Assembly (NCBI RefSeq): GCF_006345805.1
Contig: NC_043021.1
Coordinates: forward strand, 9,858,001-9,922,000
DNA from: Octopus sinensis
Lineage: Eukaryota
DNA: 64,000 bases
Direction of reading: 5' to 3'
Below the pieces are notes generated by a model. It had not been told where the DNA came from. It saw nothing but the letters and a program-made list of their open reading frames with translations, and ran no database searches. The stretch's first letter is position 1, and every line of letters starts with the position of its first letter. Positions 63,147-64,000 of the stretch are shown one piece after another. Position numbers and translations under genes: made by a program.

Positions 63147-63420
63147 AATATGAGGGAAAATTATTCCAAACTTACAGGGAAAAATTCAATTTAGAAATAC
63201 TAAATCAAATTTCACAAAATATAATATATATATAAATTAGAAAAAAACACCTTTTATCAATTCAATAATGAAAAATTAAATTATACCATCTAGAGAATTA
63301 CAAATTATAGAAAGATTAGATATAAGATAAAGCACATAACGATGATTAAGTAATGTGCAAAATAATAAATAAAACGTATATATTTGGTAGAATAACGACA
63401 TGTGTTATATATATATATAT
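62820..63420. repeat. ~295-bp tandem duplication bounded by (TA)n
   Basis: atgagggaaaattattccaaacttacaggg at 62856 and 63150; copies differ by about one indel. Confidence 0.95.
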
Positions 63421-63729
63421 ATATATATATATAGCTTACTAAAAGCCCTTTATTATATTTGTGGCAAAAATAATCTAAACTTGTTCAGGATGTGAAGTTT
63501 GGCATACATCTGATTGCTTGTTTGTTAATGTGTATAGTCTAATAGAATCACTTAAATTTCTCTCTGATTGGTATTGTTTTATATGAAGTAGGTTTTATTA
63601 ATATGCATTATTTTAGAAAATACTTTCTAATAATTTTAGTAAGTTGTTTTGTCAGAGAAATAGTTGCTGTTCATTTTATAGGGAACTGTAGCACCTGAAC
63701 CACTACTTGCCAGAAACCAGGATCTTAAC

Positions 63730-64000
63730 ATCATCATCATCATCGTTTAGTGTCCATTTTCCATGCTAGCATGGGTTGGACGGTTCAACTGGGGTCTGGG
63801 AAGCCAGAAGGCTGCGCCAGGCCCAGTCTGATCTGGCAGTGTTTCTACAGCTGGATGCCCTTCCTAATGCCAACCACTCCGTGAGTGAAGTGGGTGCTTT
63901 TTATGTGCCACCTGCACAGGTGCCAGACGAGGCTGGCAAACGGCCACGATCGGATGGTGCTTTTTACGTGCCACCGGCACTGGTATCACAGCTACAATTT
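63730..64000 (-). mobile_element. Family-C retroposon (runs off window)
   Basis: Near-identical to 13385-13637 in reverse. Confidence 0.9.

Overview
AT-rich, repeat-dense eukaryotic DNA. The SINE families, (TA)n/(CA)n microsatellite load and RTE relics look like an octopus (coleoid cephalopod) genome; this is recognition from memory, not a database result. No intact, recognisable protein-coding gene is present, and nearly all ORF-track entries are microsatellite or repeat noise. The one clear protein match is a short, young, 5'-truncated RTE/BovB-type LINE ORF2 end (42463-42916). The window contains several tRNA-derived and RTE-associated SINE families, decayed LINE relics, hAT/piggyBac/Tc1-pogo MITEs, a non-autonomous Helitron, Penelope-like fragments with minimal hammerhead-ribozyme cores, a U6 snRNA 3' fragment, many foldback inverted repeats and two (TA)n-bounded tandem duplications. 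A CpG-retaining central domain (~28.9-46 kb) lies between CpG-depleted flanks with opposite strand skew, suggesting two divergently transcribed loci. The best candidate for something new is a minus-strand three-exon ORF (34178-34097, 29579-29547, 26628-26606) that splices in phase into a 45-aa single-TM micropeptide followed by a 3'UTR-like tract; it is a by-eye prediction only. Other highlights are the hammerhead motifs, head-to-tail SINE multimers inserted with target-site duplications, and a homogeneous 56-bp minisatellite amplified from an RT-coding motif. Differences between duplicated copies suggest indel errors in the assembly, so real exons may appear frameshifted.
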